The notes beneath the pieces are model-generated. The model ran no database searches and was not told the DNA's origin. It worked only from the letters and a program-made list of their open reading frames with translations. The position numbers and the translations under genes were made by a program. A DNA stretch of 64,000 bases from positions 69,566,001 to 69,630,000 of the forward strand of contig NC_086108.1 in the NCBI RefSeq assembly GCF_963921235.1, written 5' to 3'. The first letter of the stretch is position 1, and the number at the start of each line of letters is the position of its first letter. The stretch comes from Mobula hypostoma (taxonomy: Eukaryota). Positions 1-14,159 of this stretch are shown here, one piece after another.

Positions 1-126
1 TGTATGCCTTCAGGCTCCTGTACCTCCTTTCCTGATGGTAACAATGAGAAGAGGGCATGTCCTGGGTGGTGGGGGGTCCTTAATGATGGACGCTGCCTTC
101 CTGAGGCACCGCTCCTTGAAGACGTC
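1..126 (-). mobile_element. Rex1/Babar-like LINE C-terminal fragment
   Basis: Translates FKERCLRKAASIIKDP..., same family as 4697..5065. Confidence 0.7.
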
Positions 127-439
127 TGCAGACAGCAAGTAACATGTGTGCCTCAAAAATAAATATGTACAAAAATGAATTTTAACATATCCCAACATTT
201 TAATGTTGCCGAGTCCCACTATAAGTATCCTAAAGGTCACGTTGACCAGGAATTCAACTTGACCAACCACATAGCAACACTATGCCCACAAGCTTAGAAA
301 AATAGAGGGCTATGGGTAACCCCAGGTAATTTCTAAAGTAAGTACATGTTCGGCACAGCATCATGGGCCGAAGGGCCTGTATTGTGCTGTAGGTTTTCTA
401 TGCTTGTAGTGGAGACTAGAAGATTGGAATCCCACCACT

Positions 440-870
440 GGAAATTCATCTCCTGACACCCCCAAGCTTTTATACCATCTACAAGGCACATGTCAGGAAT
501 GTAATGGAGCATCTTCTACTTGACTGGATAACTCCAATAACACTCAAGAAGCTCAATACTATTCAGGACACAGGCACACATCAGCTATAGTATACCACTG
601 AAAAAATCAATTACAGTGCCTCATGTGAGCTACTCCAACAACAGGTCCCCAACTCATGAACACCAAGACCAGCGGAGCATTTGAATACCATGCCCTACCT
701 TGTAAGTACTGTACATCACTGGTCTGTCATCAGTGCTAGGTCTGCATCCTGGAACTCACTACTGTGAGATTTGTTTCAACACAATGAATGCAGCTGTTCA
801 AAAAAGCTGTCTTCTCAATGCCTATTAGGAATGAGCAGTAAATGGTGGCCTTGCCAGTAAAGCACATATC
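440..870 (+). mobile_element. Degenerate non-LTR retrotransposon RT C-terminal/3' fragment
   Basis: accatctacaaggcacatgtcaggaatgtaatggag = TIYKAHVRNVME, an RT thumb-region-like motif; clade not resolved. Confidence 0.5.
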
Positions 871-2364
871 TCAAAAAGTGTCAAAAACAAAATTATTTTG
901 TAAGCCAGTTTTATTGTCAGCTATATCAATAAGTAGTTTTAGGCTATCTGACCTAAGGAGACATCAGGTCTTATCTGACAATTCTGCACACATAAACATT
1001 AATAAGTGAGCTAAGGCTAATGACCAAAAATAGGAATCATGGCTCCTATTTGAAACATATTTAAATTTACATTACACCATTTTCAGATCATCGGTAGATA
1101 GAGGGAATTGAATCCAATGGTTACTTTGTTCATTAGACAAAGCAACAGTTGTGGTCTCCTCTTCAAAGAAAGTTTTGCCTGTGGTCTCCTCTTTAAAGAA
1201 AGTTTTGCCAGTTAACATAAATATTTCCCCTGAATCTTTCCTTCTGCCAAATACAACCTGCACGGAAGAGAACAAGTGGGTGATCAACTGTTCAGGAGTC
1301 AAAAGTGTTGCTTAGAGAGAGAAACCAATTGTTACAAACTCTGCATTCTACATCTAACAAAGCATAATATTCCAATACAAATTACAATGGGAACTGAAAA
1401 CACAAATTAGGGCAATTTAAAACAGTTTTGTATGTAGGATAAAGTAGGAAGTAGAAAAGATTAGGGGGAAGAAGCACAGAGTATAAATACATTTAAAGTG
1501 AATGCTCTGCTCCCTAGAGAAATGTGAGTGCGCAATTAACTGAAATCAGCAGAGCAGAGATGGGACTGAAAACTGGTGTGAACAGCAAACAAAGTGTGTT
1601 TGGCAGAGGGATTCATGATTAAAGGTAAGATTCTTATTTATAAATTAAGGCACTGGAAAACAGGGTAAGTGAAGATTACTTAGTCATAAATAAACATGCA
1701 CAGCAGAATCTAATATGTTGGAATTTGTGTGGGATGCATCTAGATGTTGAATAAGTTATTTCTGTTTAATAAAAAATTCAGGTGGTGTTGAGAGAAAGAC
1801 TTCCAAGGTAACAGAAGTGTAAAGGAGTCAATTTACCAATATCCAAAGACAAATAATTTGGATACCAGGTCTGCATTCATAGATGAAACCAATAGCTTCA
1901 GAACACCACATTAATAACTAGGTTACTATCATCATATAAAACATTCAAACTATCAATCTGGAAAACAAGATGCTTCATTGTTATTTTTGGGAGGTTTGTT
2001 TGTTATCGTGTCCTCCCTAGCTTTGTCCCCTCTTTGAGAATTGCCTTTCCAGCTTAGCATTGCACCTAGATTGCCTGTAACACAGGCCATCCACTAGCAC
2101 AAAGACCAGGGGATTCAGAGCTCCATGAAAGCTTTGTGATGCAGTGAGGGACAAGATTGAATGGCACACACACCAACTGGAAAGTTGAAGGATTGCCATT
2201 GCACACTACTCCTCATCCACTGATCCATATAGGAAATTAAATTAAATGTCTTATCAATTATTCTCACTATGATGCAGAGTTTCAACCCAAACCATTGACA
2301 GTTCCTTCCCACCCACAGATGCTGTTTAATTGCCAAGTTCCTGCTGCAGACTATGTTGCTCCAG

Positions 2365-2592
2365 ATTGTATAAGACATTGGCGAGGCCTACTTTGGAGCA
2401 CTGTGTGCAGTTTTAGTCACCTACCTACAGGAAAGATGTAAGTAAGTTCAAAAGAGCACAGAGAAAACTTACAAGGATGTTGCCAGGACAGAAGGACCTG
2501 AGTTACAGTATAGGGAAAGGTGGAATATGTTAGAACTGTATTCCCTAGAACATTGAAGATTGAGAAGAGATTTGATAGAGGTATACAAAATA
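2365..2592 (+). mobile_element. CR1 LINE fragment (RT C-terminus)
   Basis: LYKTLARPTLEHCVQF*SP..., a typical CR1 LYxxLVRPHLEYCVQFWSP motif with stops. Confidence 0.8.
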
Positions 2593-2619
2593 GCACCTGA
2601 TACGTTAGGGAAAGAAGCT

Positions 2620-3590
2620 ATTAAACAAAATGAGGGGAATAATCAAATGAGACAGTATCTACTGTGAAAGGAAGAGCTTATGTTTCACATCAATAGTTTT
2701 TGTCAGAACAGAAAAAACTAAAAATAATGTAAGTTTCAAGCAGCAGAAAACAGAGGAAAGGCAGATCTACCCTTTTCTTCTTTCTGTGAAATGGAGGCCA
2801 GAAGGATTCTGTGACAGAACTAGTGGTGATGCTGGATGAAAGAGTGTTATGGGCTGGTAAGCAGCAGAAATTTGAGGGGTGGGTTGGTGGGAGGGAAAGA
2901 AAAATACAACACTACAACATGCAAGGCAAGGGGCTAGAATGCCTGATACTGCAGAATACAACATCCAGAAGGCTATGACTTTCCAATTCTGAAGACAAGC
3001 TACGTGCTTTATTATAAACAACGTTGGAGGCCAAAAGCAGAGTTAAATAGGACTGGAGTGCCGAACTAAAGTGACAACACCTGAAAACTCAGAGCCATTC
3101 GTGTGAAATGAACAGAGGTACTCTGGAAAGCAGTCACCCAATTTGCATTTGTCCTTCCCAGTGCAAAAGAGACCACATCACGAGCACCAGAAGAATTATA
3201 TAAAATTGGTAGTAAAGCAGATAAAACGCCGCTTCACCTGAAATGTATGTTTGGGGCCGAGGTCGGCAAGAAGAGAAGTAAAGAACCAGTCACTGAGATT
3301 GCATGGGGAAGTGCTATGAGAAGGGGTTTGGATATTCGTGGAGAGGTAACAATGAACCCAAGCATCATAGAGGGAGCAGTCCCTTTGGATTGCAGCAAGG
3401 GAAAGAAAAGGGATGATATCCCTGGTGGTGGCTTGTACTGGAACTCTTGGAAATTATGAAGGATCATAATCATCTATTCTGAAAGGCTGGAAGGAAGAGA
3501 AGGTGAACGCGACATTGTTCTGGAGAGAAGCAGTGACAGCAGAAGTACAGGAAATAAGAACCTTGTCAGCTATGGGGGAGGGAAGGGAAT
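2620..3590 (-). mobile_element. Degenerate Penelope-like element (GIY-YIG region and 3' part)
   Basis: Around 3125-3245 the minus strand reads FQVKRRFICFTTNFI.FFWCS.CGLFCTGKDKCKLGDCFPE, resembling the PLE GIY-YIG motif (VYCIRC..CGLLYIGETKRRLGDRFAEH). Confidence 0.7.
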
Positions 3591-4696
3591 GGGGAAAACC
3601 ATTTCTGCCCTCCTCTCTTCCATAAGAACCGTCAAACCTCTCTCTTCTATCAAATTACACTACCTCCACATTTTCGATATTAAATGCTGTCACCCCTCTA
3701 CCCTTTCTGCTTACCTATCTGTGTCCCACTGCAGCTACCTGACTGATTGCTATGCCTCTAAAACTGGTGTCTGAGGCAAACTTTGACATTTTATTCTGCA
3801 CTCAGATTTCCATGTCATATATAAAAGGAAAAACATTGGTCAAAATGTGGAACAGCACCATCAACATCTTCTGGTCTGGGAAAAAAATCTTCCAAAACTT
3901 GCTGTTATTTTTGTCCTTAAATCAGATTTTGTTCAAATTGACACAAACCCTCCAAATATGACAAGACACAACCTTGTTAACAAGCCTTTTATGAAGGACT
4001 TTATCACTTTAAAATCCACACTACTGCAATCCTTTTATCAGCTTTCTCTATTACTCCATTAAAAAATTCTATTAGTTTAGTCAAACACGATATTCCTTTT
4101 ATAGATCCATGTTGGCTCTCTTTAATTAACTCAGACTTCAAGTACCTGTTAACTCACACGCCACCCGTCCAATTATATCTTTTTCTACTTTATCCACCTT
4201 CAATTTAAACTGTCCAGCCTACAAATAATGTCCCAACAAGGTAATCAATCACCTTTGCCACTTTCTAAGCCTTGCATGTATCTAGGGAAGATTAGACCAT
4301 GGCAAGTCTGTCAATTTACAATACCTCTGCTTCTCTCAACAACTAGGAATACAAGTCACCTGGACCAACAGACTCTCCATTAAGAGAAAAGCAAGTCTTT
4401 CTAGAACCATCTTCTTATCAATTCTTACCCATCCATTATTTCTAGCATCTGCAGTTGCTCCAACAGAATATTCCTCCTTAGTAAACACAAATACTAACGT
4501 ACCCACACTTTTCACTGCATTACTGAACTTTTATCCCTTCTTTAAATCTAGAATGTCCTAACCTGCCTTTTTTACTTATCTTGTTTACATGTTGTTAAAT
4601 GCATTTAGGCTCCCTTTTACGCTAAATGACGGTCTATTGTCAGATGCTCTCCTTACCGAATGCAGTTTGCCTCTTAAAACAATATTTAACTTGCTG

Positions 4697-5065
4697 GAAG
4701 AAAGCAGCATTCATCATCAGGGATGCCCCCACCACCACCACCAAGGTCATGCTCTCTTCTCACTGCTGCCATCAGGAAGAAGGTACAGGAGCCTCAGGAT
4801 TCACATTACCGGATTCAGGAATAGTTATTAATCCCTGAACTATCAGGCTCTTGAACCAAATGGGCTAACTTCACTTTCCCATCATTGAAATGTTCCCACT
4901 TTCAAGGACTCTTCATCTCATTTTCTCAATATTTACTTATTCATTATTATTATTTCTTTATTTTTGTATTTGCACAGTTTGTTGTCTTTTGCACAATGAT
5001 TGAACACTCAAGAAAATGAATCTCAGGGTTGTATATGCACTTTGATAATAAATTTACTTTGAACC
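4697..5065 (+). mobile_element. Rex1/Babar-like LINE 3' end
   Basis: KAAFIIRD..H.GHALFSLLPSGRRYRSLRIHITGFRNSY, followed by a 3' UTR with aataaa. Confidence 0.75.
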
Positions 5066-5502
5066 TCGAAATTTGGCTTTCACTGAATGAATTCAAATGA
5101 CAAATATTATATAACCTTCTTTAAATATCATGGTAATCTCAATTTCCCTCATCAGTCAAGGAGTCCTGGTTTTGATTTCCCTGCTTTTCCCTCTTATGGG
5201 AATGTATTGGGCTTGTTTCAGCTCCTCATGAATGGCCTATTGCTCTGTCAAACTTTAATTTTATATCATGAAAATCATAAAAACTGCAGATATTAGCAAT
5301 CTGAAATAAATCAGAAAATGCTGCAAACATCTGCTAATTTAGTTGCCATCTGTGTAACGAGAAATAGAATTAACTTTTCAGGAGCAAGATTCTTCATCAG
5401 TTCTTATGAAGGGTTCCAGACCTGAAATATTGACTCTCATCCAAAGTTGTTCAGCATGAGTGCAAAAGCAAGCCTTTCATCTCAAAAGTTTGGGAACCCT
5501 TG

Positions 5503-6276
5503 TGTAACACCCTGGTTAAGATTTTTACTATTATCCTGTAGAAATTTCATTTTAGCAGTTCTGTAAGAGTAGTCTGTTCTGCTTTAGCATGTTTGGGTTT
5601 GAGCTAAAGGTGCTATGTTGTTCAATTTAGGAATGTTGTGTCAGCCAATCATGATGGAATTGGAAGGTGGTTCTAGAGAATGCTGTGACAGACACTGAAG
5701 TAGGTGAGGTATTTTTGGCGGGAGCTGGGAGAAGACAGGAGGGAAGATGGCTGAGGATGTGAGGATGCCATCCCTCTTGCACAAGGTGCTTTGTGCAGAT
5801 GAATGGCTTCAAGGAGGAAGAACCAATACTCCCATGGGAGAGCCCACTTGTTCGAGATGGATTTTGAGCGACATTTGGAAGGAGGTATCTGCTTTCTCAC
5901 GTGAGTTAAAGACAACTTCAAGATGAGCTCCAACTTAAGTGCACATTTGGACTGGATTAACTGCAATGAGCCCTTTCATTTTTTTTCTTTTCTTTTTCCT
6001 ACTATCTGTTCGATAAAGCTGAAATTTGTAAATATACTTTATAATTGTACGCAGTGTACAATCTATTATTTCTTGCTAATTGCATGAGGACAGTATTTTA
6101 CACAGTATTCACAAAGATCAGGGTTCAGGTGGTCGAGACATCTCAACTTCCTGGTTTTGGTGGGACCCAAGACGTATGAAGTTTGAGAAGGTGGTTTTCT
6201 CAACACTGAGTCCAGTGACTGTTAGCAGGGACTAACGAATTGTGTCTCTACAGACACCTGGTAAAAAGGAGTTTCA
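5503..6276. mobile_element. Solo LTR (774 bp), TG...CA, 4-bp TSD CTTG
   Basis: cttg|TGTAAC...GTTTCA|cttg. Confidence 0.75.
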
Positions 6277-6678
6277 CTTGCTTTAGAAAACAAACTCAAT
6301 TTTTAATAATTTTCATTGCAAAAACCATCAAATCCCCTGTGAAAACATACTGTTTTTAACCATTGTAGGGACTTGAGAAAAAGAATGTGCTATTTGGCTT
6401 ACAAAGATATTTTGCATTATTGATACTATCACCTCTTGCTGACACTTTCAGACAAACAGATAATTAAACATACTGCATTTCTAAAACAACTTACAGCAGA
6501 TAATTACGAATTAGAACATTAACCTCCAGTATATTTACACAGTAATTGCTATTTTCGAATTACCTTTTATGGCAAAACATAGTATAATGTTGAATTTCCA
6601 TAATGTTTGATATCATCCTGCCCAGTTCAATATCTTTTGTACTCAAAGATATGCATACAGTATCAAAAATGTGTTTAC

Positions 6679-6764
6679 CTGTGAAGATCGGCTATTTCGT
6701 TGTGTATAGAATCAAGTTCTTTGATGGCTGAAAAGTCAGCTACGGTGCTCAGAATGGCTCCATT
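6679..6764 (-). CDS. EPS15: EPS15 exon 12 (86 nt, [29 protein letters not shown])
   Basis: Acceptor ctttccacag, donor gtaaac; ends in phase 2; start of the coiled coil. Confidence 0.94.
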
Positions 6765-9700
6765 CTGTGGAAAGCATGCATTAAGCCCTTAGACATATTA
6801 TCGCATGATTTCAGATCAGTTTAAAATTCACAGCATTACTCTATTTCACAGTTTAAATGGCATTTTCCAGATTAAACACAGCACACATGTTTTACTGAAG
6901 CATAATTCTCATCCTCAACTTGTCCAGCATTTTTTTGCTTCAACAATATTAAAACCCAATCTAAACTGATTGATCTTCAGTATGTATGAGATCTGAAGCC
7001 CTGATCTAATGAATGCTTAATTCTGAGCACCAGATTATAATGCACAAATATTTTCCTCTGTCACGTACAATAACCTGGTTTAGATGTCCCATAACTTTAC
7101 AATGTTAGTTAGCAGCAGAAGAAATTAATGGGCCAAAATATACTGATTAACAATTTATTAATGTTGTCAAATCTCGCCCCCCCCAAACTTCTCATCAATC
7201 TTCTTTTAGATTATTTATTAACTCAAAAGAACATATTATTTCGTTCAGTAGTCAACTGCTGCGAAACATGACAAAGCCTGATTTTAATCTTGATGGATTA
7301 CATAATTTTTGAAAACTGTGCTTGGTCAAAAAACTGCAAATAAAAGAATGAAAATCTAGAAGGATTTGTTCACCATGAGCAAAAGAAAGTGAACAAAGGA
7401 CAGATTACACAGTAAATAATTATGCTAACCTTGCATTTTAAACGAAGAAGGACTACGTTAGGCTTCCAGCATTATTCACATATTAGGGACATCAAAGCAG
7501 TGCAGCAAGGATGACTGGTACAGTGAGAAAGGCATAGAGCCTGTAGCAAAGCAAAGGGAAGTAGAATGCAAGAAAGAAAGGTTCAAAGAGAATTAGTAAA
7601 GCTACAAAAAAACTAAGTTGGATTATCTCTGAGGCCTGCAATTTCCTTGAATGTCTGTTTTGCATCAAGGAGCACACAAACAAGAAAACTAGCAATTTCA
7701 GAGCAGTGTGTGTGGAAGAAATAGTTATTCGGAAGAATTAATACCACTGACAGAAAATTTAAATTTCTAATTGCAATTGCATTATTTTAGTAAGACATAC
7801 TCATAGCATACTGACCTATAACTCAGGAAGAGGAAGACAATCAGAGAGAGAGACACAGAGAGAGAGAGAGAGAGACAGAAAATAAGTATTAGACAGCCAC
7901 CAACCCAAATTTATGAAACCTTTTATTTAACGGCAAAAGTGAAAGGTTAGGTTGCTTCTCTATCATATTGATGTGCAATGATTAAAAAATGCTGTTACAA
8001 GCTAAAGTTACAAGATTATTTTACTGCAAAATCCCAACTAACAGTACATTAAAACAGTAAAATTATTTCCAAAGAAATACATATTTTAAAATGAAACTAT
8101 GAAAAGACCCCAGCAGAAAATCTAGAAATACACAAATAATACCGCAATAATTCATGATTAATATTCAGGACATTATTCTGGATCACTTAAAGTAGATAAA
8201 TAACACAAAACGATAGCAGAGAAAAATTACAGAAAGGAAGCAGAAGAAAATGATACTAAAACTATAAACGTTGACATTAACAAAAACAGCAGACAATTAG
8301 ACGATACATGTACATCTACCTATACTATAAATACACAAAGCAGAAAATGGTACTAATTATAACAACAATGGGAAATGAAAGGCATGGAAATTTAAATATA
8401 AAATTTCAGGTGCTGGTATGCTGCATACAAGACCAAAAAGGAATATAAAGTTCATGTTCAGGACAATCTATTTGAAGCAAAAGTAAAAAAAAAATAATGC
8501 AATCTAGGGTCTACATATTGCTCTGGCCAAAATCTTAGTCAAGCTTCCAGAATAGAATCAAACATTTCAAGTGGGTATGGACAGTGATTTTAATAAATTC
8601 AAACCAAAACTCAACAGCTGAATGCTGGCATTTCCATTATAATTGCACACCTACCTTCCGCCTTCTTTTTAAAAAAAAGCAGCTTTGCTTTCTTAGATGA
8701 CTGGTACATTTCCTAAGTGTGGTTCATTCTGTCTATTAATATACATTTCCTTCACATGTGAAAGTGTCTTTATTTTTATTTAAATCTTCATCCTATTAAC
8801 TGTTATCCTGTCCCTTTTCTCCAACTCCATTCATCTTGACTTCTGACTCCATTAAAATGCCTGGTTTGTCTCAAAGTAATCACTTCCAAAGAGGGTTGCA
8901 ATACTAAATAACAACCTGTTTTGTTTTTTCTACAGATGCTAACCTGATTGTACACTGCCAGTCCTTTCTGTTTCTTACTATCAAAATAAACTTACCTTTT
9001 CCACCTGTGGTGCCCATTAAGATTTTATCCATTTATTTCCAAAATCACCGAAAGAATTTCATTGAAAAAAAAATCAAATCCATTCAGAAACATTAGACAA
9101 ATGGGACCAAAAACTCAACATTTTGAATGGTTTATAAGGTCATCAAAATCCAGAAGATCTACTACTATTCTCAAAAGTGTACAATCAATTTGAAGTTCTA
9201 ATGTTCAGAATGCATTATCACTGGAATCAAACTTATCATGCAGATCATCCTATGCTTCATGTATTCATTGATGGGTTTTGAATGAAGCTTGGTTATTCCA
9301 CTTCCACAGAAAACACATTTTCTGTTTTGGGTCCCAATTTGACATCTTTAGCTTTGTAACAGATGGCAGAAAGGAAGTGACAAAGGCAAAGAATGTAGAT
9401 GAATAACGTGTGAAACCATGTGACAGGAAAGGGTGATTTAAATAAAACCAACAAATATTACTATCATTATCCTTGTATCTCCAGAAGTAATTGTATGAGT
9501 TGTTTACAAACAAGTCTGAATCATTAGTCAGATCACTTCAGATATTCCTTCAGAAACTGAATGACTGTGTTGCGATCATGAGTAGAAGCCACAACATACA
9601 AAATCATGCCAATGCTGTCTGCTTCCATCATGCAGCACTAATTTCATGCAAAGACAAAAGTTTACCTTCTGTGCACTATCAGAAGGAGGCATCATTTCTG

Positions 9701-12700
9701 CAGTAAGAACCTGAGGTGGATCAATGCCTTTAGTTAGCTTCTGGTTTATTAAATGTAGAGCCAAGGCAAACTGTTCTTTTGTCAGCTTCCCACAATCATT
9801 TGTATCACAGAGTGCCCTGTGAAGGCAGAAAATTAAGAGATCTCAAAACCTGTGTGTAATAGCACTGAATAGGTAGAATTCACTTGTATCTTAAATTCAT
9901 ACAAAGACTAAAATGACGATAACATTTTGTCATATGCTCAGATTTATAAGTTAAATACAAAAATGTGTATTCCTTTTGAATATTTTTCAAAAATTCTCTT
10001 TTCAAGTTCCTGTGTCACAAATTACACAGCACTGCAAATAACCATAAAGCTGTGAAAATCTACTTGAACTGTAAAGGTATGTTTAATTATTGATTAAAAA
10101 TTAGATCATGTTTTGAGAAAGAATGGCAAAAATGATTCGATGATTAAAATATCTAACCCTTTTAAGGAAGTACTACCTGCTATGGTAGAAATCACATCAA
10201 AGTCAGATATTGCTAATCTAAATTAGCTAGGAGGCCATCTGTGGCCAAAGCATCACAACAAGGAGAAGACCTCAAAACTCAATTTCCTTTTATATTTAAC
10301 ACCACCAGATGTTAAGTAGGGGGAAAAAAAGCTTACTTTCCCCCCACCAAAACCTGTGGCGGGAACAATCTTATCTTTCTACTGAAGACAGGGAACACAT
10401 CCTTATACAACCCCAAACTACTTAGGCCAGTTCTTTTGATCAGGAAATGTCCAATGTCCATTATGTACCAACCTCTCATCCCAGTTAACTCACTAAATTG
10501 GAGTTCTGCATCTGTTAGTTGTCCGGTGCTAGCCAATTCCAATACTGACTTTCAGGGCTTATTAGGAAGCATGCCATCATCGGCAGGGTCATTCTCTCCG
10601 TCACCTGAAGCAGCTTGGCATGCAGGTCAAACATGAAAATTCCTCACTATTATTATTTCAGAGGACCTGCCCTGAGCCTAGCATGTGGAATTGCAAAGAA
10701 AGCACAGCAGCACCTCTACTTTTTTGACAGTTTGCGAAAATTTGAACTAACGTCTAAAACTTTGACAAACTTTTTATAGATGTACAGCGGTATGCAAAAG
10801 TTTGGACACCCCTGGTCAAAATTTCTGTTACTGTGAATAGCTAAGTGAGTAAAAGATGACCTTATTTCCAAAAGGCATAAAGTTAAAGATGACACATTTC
10901 TTTAATATCTTAAGCAAGAAAACTTTTTTATTTCCTTCTTTTAGTTTCAAAATAACAAAAAAGGCCAGTGATGTTGTGGGGATGGAACTGGACTCTCTGA
11001 CGGTGGTGTCTGAAAAGAGGATGCTGTCCAAGTTGCATGCCATCTTGGTCAATGTCTCCCATCCACTACATAATGTACTGGGTAGGCACAGTAGTACATT
11101 CAGCCAGAGACTCATCCCACCGAGATGCAGCACAGAGCGTCATAGGAAGTCATTCCTGCCTGTGGCCATCAAACTTTACAACTCCTCCCTTGGAGGGTCA
11201 GACACCCTGAGCCAATAGGCTGGTCCTGGACTTATTTCATAATTTACTGGCATAATTTACATATTCCTATTTAACTATTTATGGTTTTATTACTATTTAT
11301 TATTTATGTGCAACTGTAACGACAACCAATTTCCCCCGGGATCAATAAAGTATGACAACGACTATAAAAGGAAAAGGGCCCAAAGCAAAAGTTTGGGCAC
11401 CCTGCATGGCAGTACTTAGTAACACACCCTTTGGCAAGTATCACTACTGTAAACGCTTTCTGTAGTCAGCTAAGAGTCTTTCAATTCTTGTTTGGGGGAT
11501 TTTTGCCCATTCTTCCTTGCAAAAGGCTTCTAGTTCTGTGAGATTCTTGGGCCGTCTTGCATGCACTGCTCTTCTGAGGTCTATCCACAGATTTTTGATG
11601 ATGTTTAGGTCGGGGGACTGTGAGGGCCATGGCAAAACCTTGAGCCTCTTGAGATAGTCCATTGTGGATTTTAAGGTGTGTTCAGGATCATTAACCTGTT
11701 GTAGAAGCCATTCTCTTTTCATCTTCAGCTTTTTTTTTTACAGACGGTGTGATGTTTGCTTCCAGAATTTGCTGGTATTTAATTGAATTCATTCTTCCCT
11801 CTACCAGTGAAATGTTCCCCGTGCCACTGGCTGCAACACAAGTCCAAAGCATGATCGATCCACCCCTGTGCTTAACAGTTGGAGAGGGGCTCTTTTCATG
11901 AAATTCTGCACCCTTTTTTCTCCAAACATACCTTTGCTCATTGCGGCCAAAAAGTTCTATTCAAAATGTTTAAAGGAACATCTAAACAACACTGGGGAAG
12001 GTATAGAACAACAATGAAGGCATATATTAGAATTTCTTGCAGGCATGCAAGGTACTATATGAAGAAAAAGTTTTGTTCACAAAAATGGCTTAATTATTGC
12101 ATATCAATCTACAGCTGGCAATCATCAAAATCTTTGAAGTCAGATTTTCACCTACAAAAACAAGCTTCACAATTTTCTCAAAAATATTAAGAATTAACTC
12201 TTCCAGAATGATTCACTGTGATTTCACATAGCACTTTATTGTTAAAAACATCAAAAATGTCAGGCATTATTGGTGCAATGCTCTTTTCATTGACTGACAA
12301 GTACTCAGTGTGTCTCCCCCACAGTCTTTACACAGATCGAAGATATTTTCATTGCTTGACAAATTTCCAGCTGAAGAATATTGACAAGTAACTGTACTCA
12401 ATAAGATGTATAGTGCTTTGAATAAGTATTCAGCCCCCAACCTTAAACCAATCAAACATCTCTAGCAAGACCTCAAGATTGCTGTCCACTGCCGCTCCCC
12501 AACTAACCTGGCACAGCTTTTTTGCAAGGAGGAATGGGCAAATCTTACTCTATCACATTGTGCAAAGCTAACAGACTTGTCCAAAAAGACTATTAACTGT
12601 ATTAGCTGTGAGAGGTGGTTCAATTAAGTACTGAGCAAAGGGAGATGAGTACTTTTGAGCTGCTTACATTTCTGTTTTTGAATTTTTAGTTTCTCATGCT

Positions 12701-14118
12701 TTACAATTTTCCATGTTTTGGGCTCCACTGTGTAAAAAGGAGCATGTGATTCACAAAAAAAAAATTCAGCTAAATTGATCAAAATCCCTGGTTGTAAGAC
12801 TCATTTATGTGAACAAAGGATTGGGGTTGAATAATTTTTCAAGGCACTATAACAGCTAAGTCAGACTGTCTTTACCTAATGTACATTACAATTAATTAAT
12901 TTAAATCAATTATAGTACTGTTGTGACGAGAATACACATAGATTAAGATGTTAGCTGCCCTGTGCTGGCACCCGTGGGATCAGCAGTTGGTCTGCCACCT
13001 GTCTTCAGGAGAAAGAGAGATAAGGAAAACAATGGAGCAGCATTTGGAGAGGTTAATGAAGGGACAGGAGAGTTTAACGGAAGGAGAGCTGTCAAGATCG
13101 GCTCCCCCTTTGAACCCTGAACTGTTTGAAGTGATGGACAGGCGATACCCCAGCAGGGGGATAAAAAGGGACAGGTTCGTTAAGGCAAGACACACATGAC
13201 ACCACGAGGTAACAAGACCCTAGAAGCGGTGCGCCTCCCATAAGTCGGTGGGAAGTTTTGGAGGGCTGGTCACGGGACCAAGCCATAGACGCACAGGGTG
13301 GAAAGGCACGATCGGCGGGAACCTGGTGTGTGTCCGCCCTTGCCTGGGTGCCAGGTTCACCGCAGAGAAACGATCGTACGGTCGGTGACCTCACAAAGGG
13401 CCCGAAAGCTGACTGCGAAGAATATCAAAGGTCTGTGTGGAAGCCGTTTGAATATTCATTCGTTTTTGCTCTCTCTCTCCTTCCCCCACACTGTCCATCT
13501 CCCACGGCAGTGATTACTGTGAACTGAACTGAACTAAATTGAACTGAACTTTGTGTCACTTTGAAACTGGTCATTTACCCCTAGACGACGATAGAGCTTG
13601 ATTGATCCTGTTATCCTAATTCTGTGTACATGTGTGTTTATCATTGCTGAACTGTTGCATTTATTATCCTTTTGATTAGAGTACTGTGTTGCTTGTTTCT
13701 TTAATAAAACTTTCTTAGTTCTCGTAATCCAGACTCCAACTGAGTGACCCATTTCTGCTGGTTTGGCAACCCAGTTACGGGGTACGTAACACTGTGCATA
13801 ATTTGAAAAGATGAGATAATGTGAATAGAATACAACTGTGCGGAACAGTAATTAAAAGTTTTTCCCCTCCTGCGTTCAAGAATTGCCAGTCTAATTGCAG
13901 TACTAGAAGACTAAAATAATTTCAACACAAAAAACCAAAATCTGTGGTAACACAAGGACTTCAAGGTCACTTTCTAAATAGTGAATGAAAGTAGAGTAAT
14001 GGTTACTTTTAAACATGTGACAGGGTCCTGAATTACCCCTATGAACTGTGCTCGATTATCCCTATGAACTGTGCTTTTGAAAAGAGACAGAGAGAGTTAT
14101 TTAATACCGACATCTTGT

Positions 14119-14159
<41 letters not shown>

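Noticed and set aside
1..6678. EPS15 exon 13 (REK..VEQ...)
   Set aside because: No matching coiled-coil exon was found by eye; it is presumably beyond the left edge.
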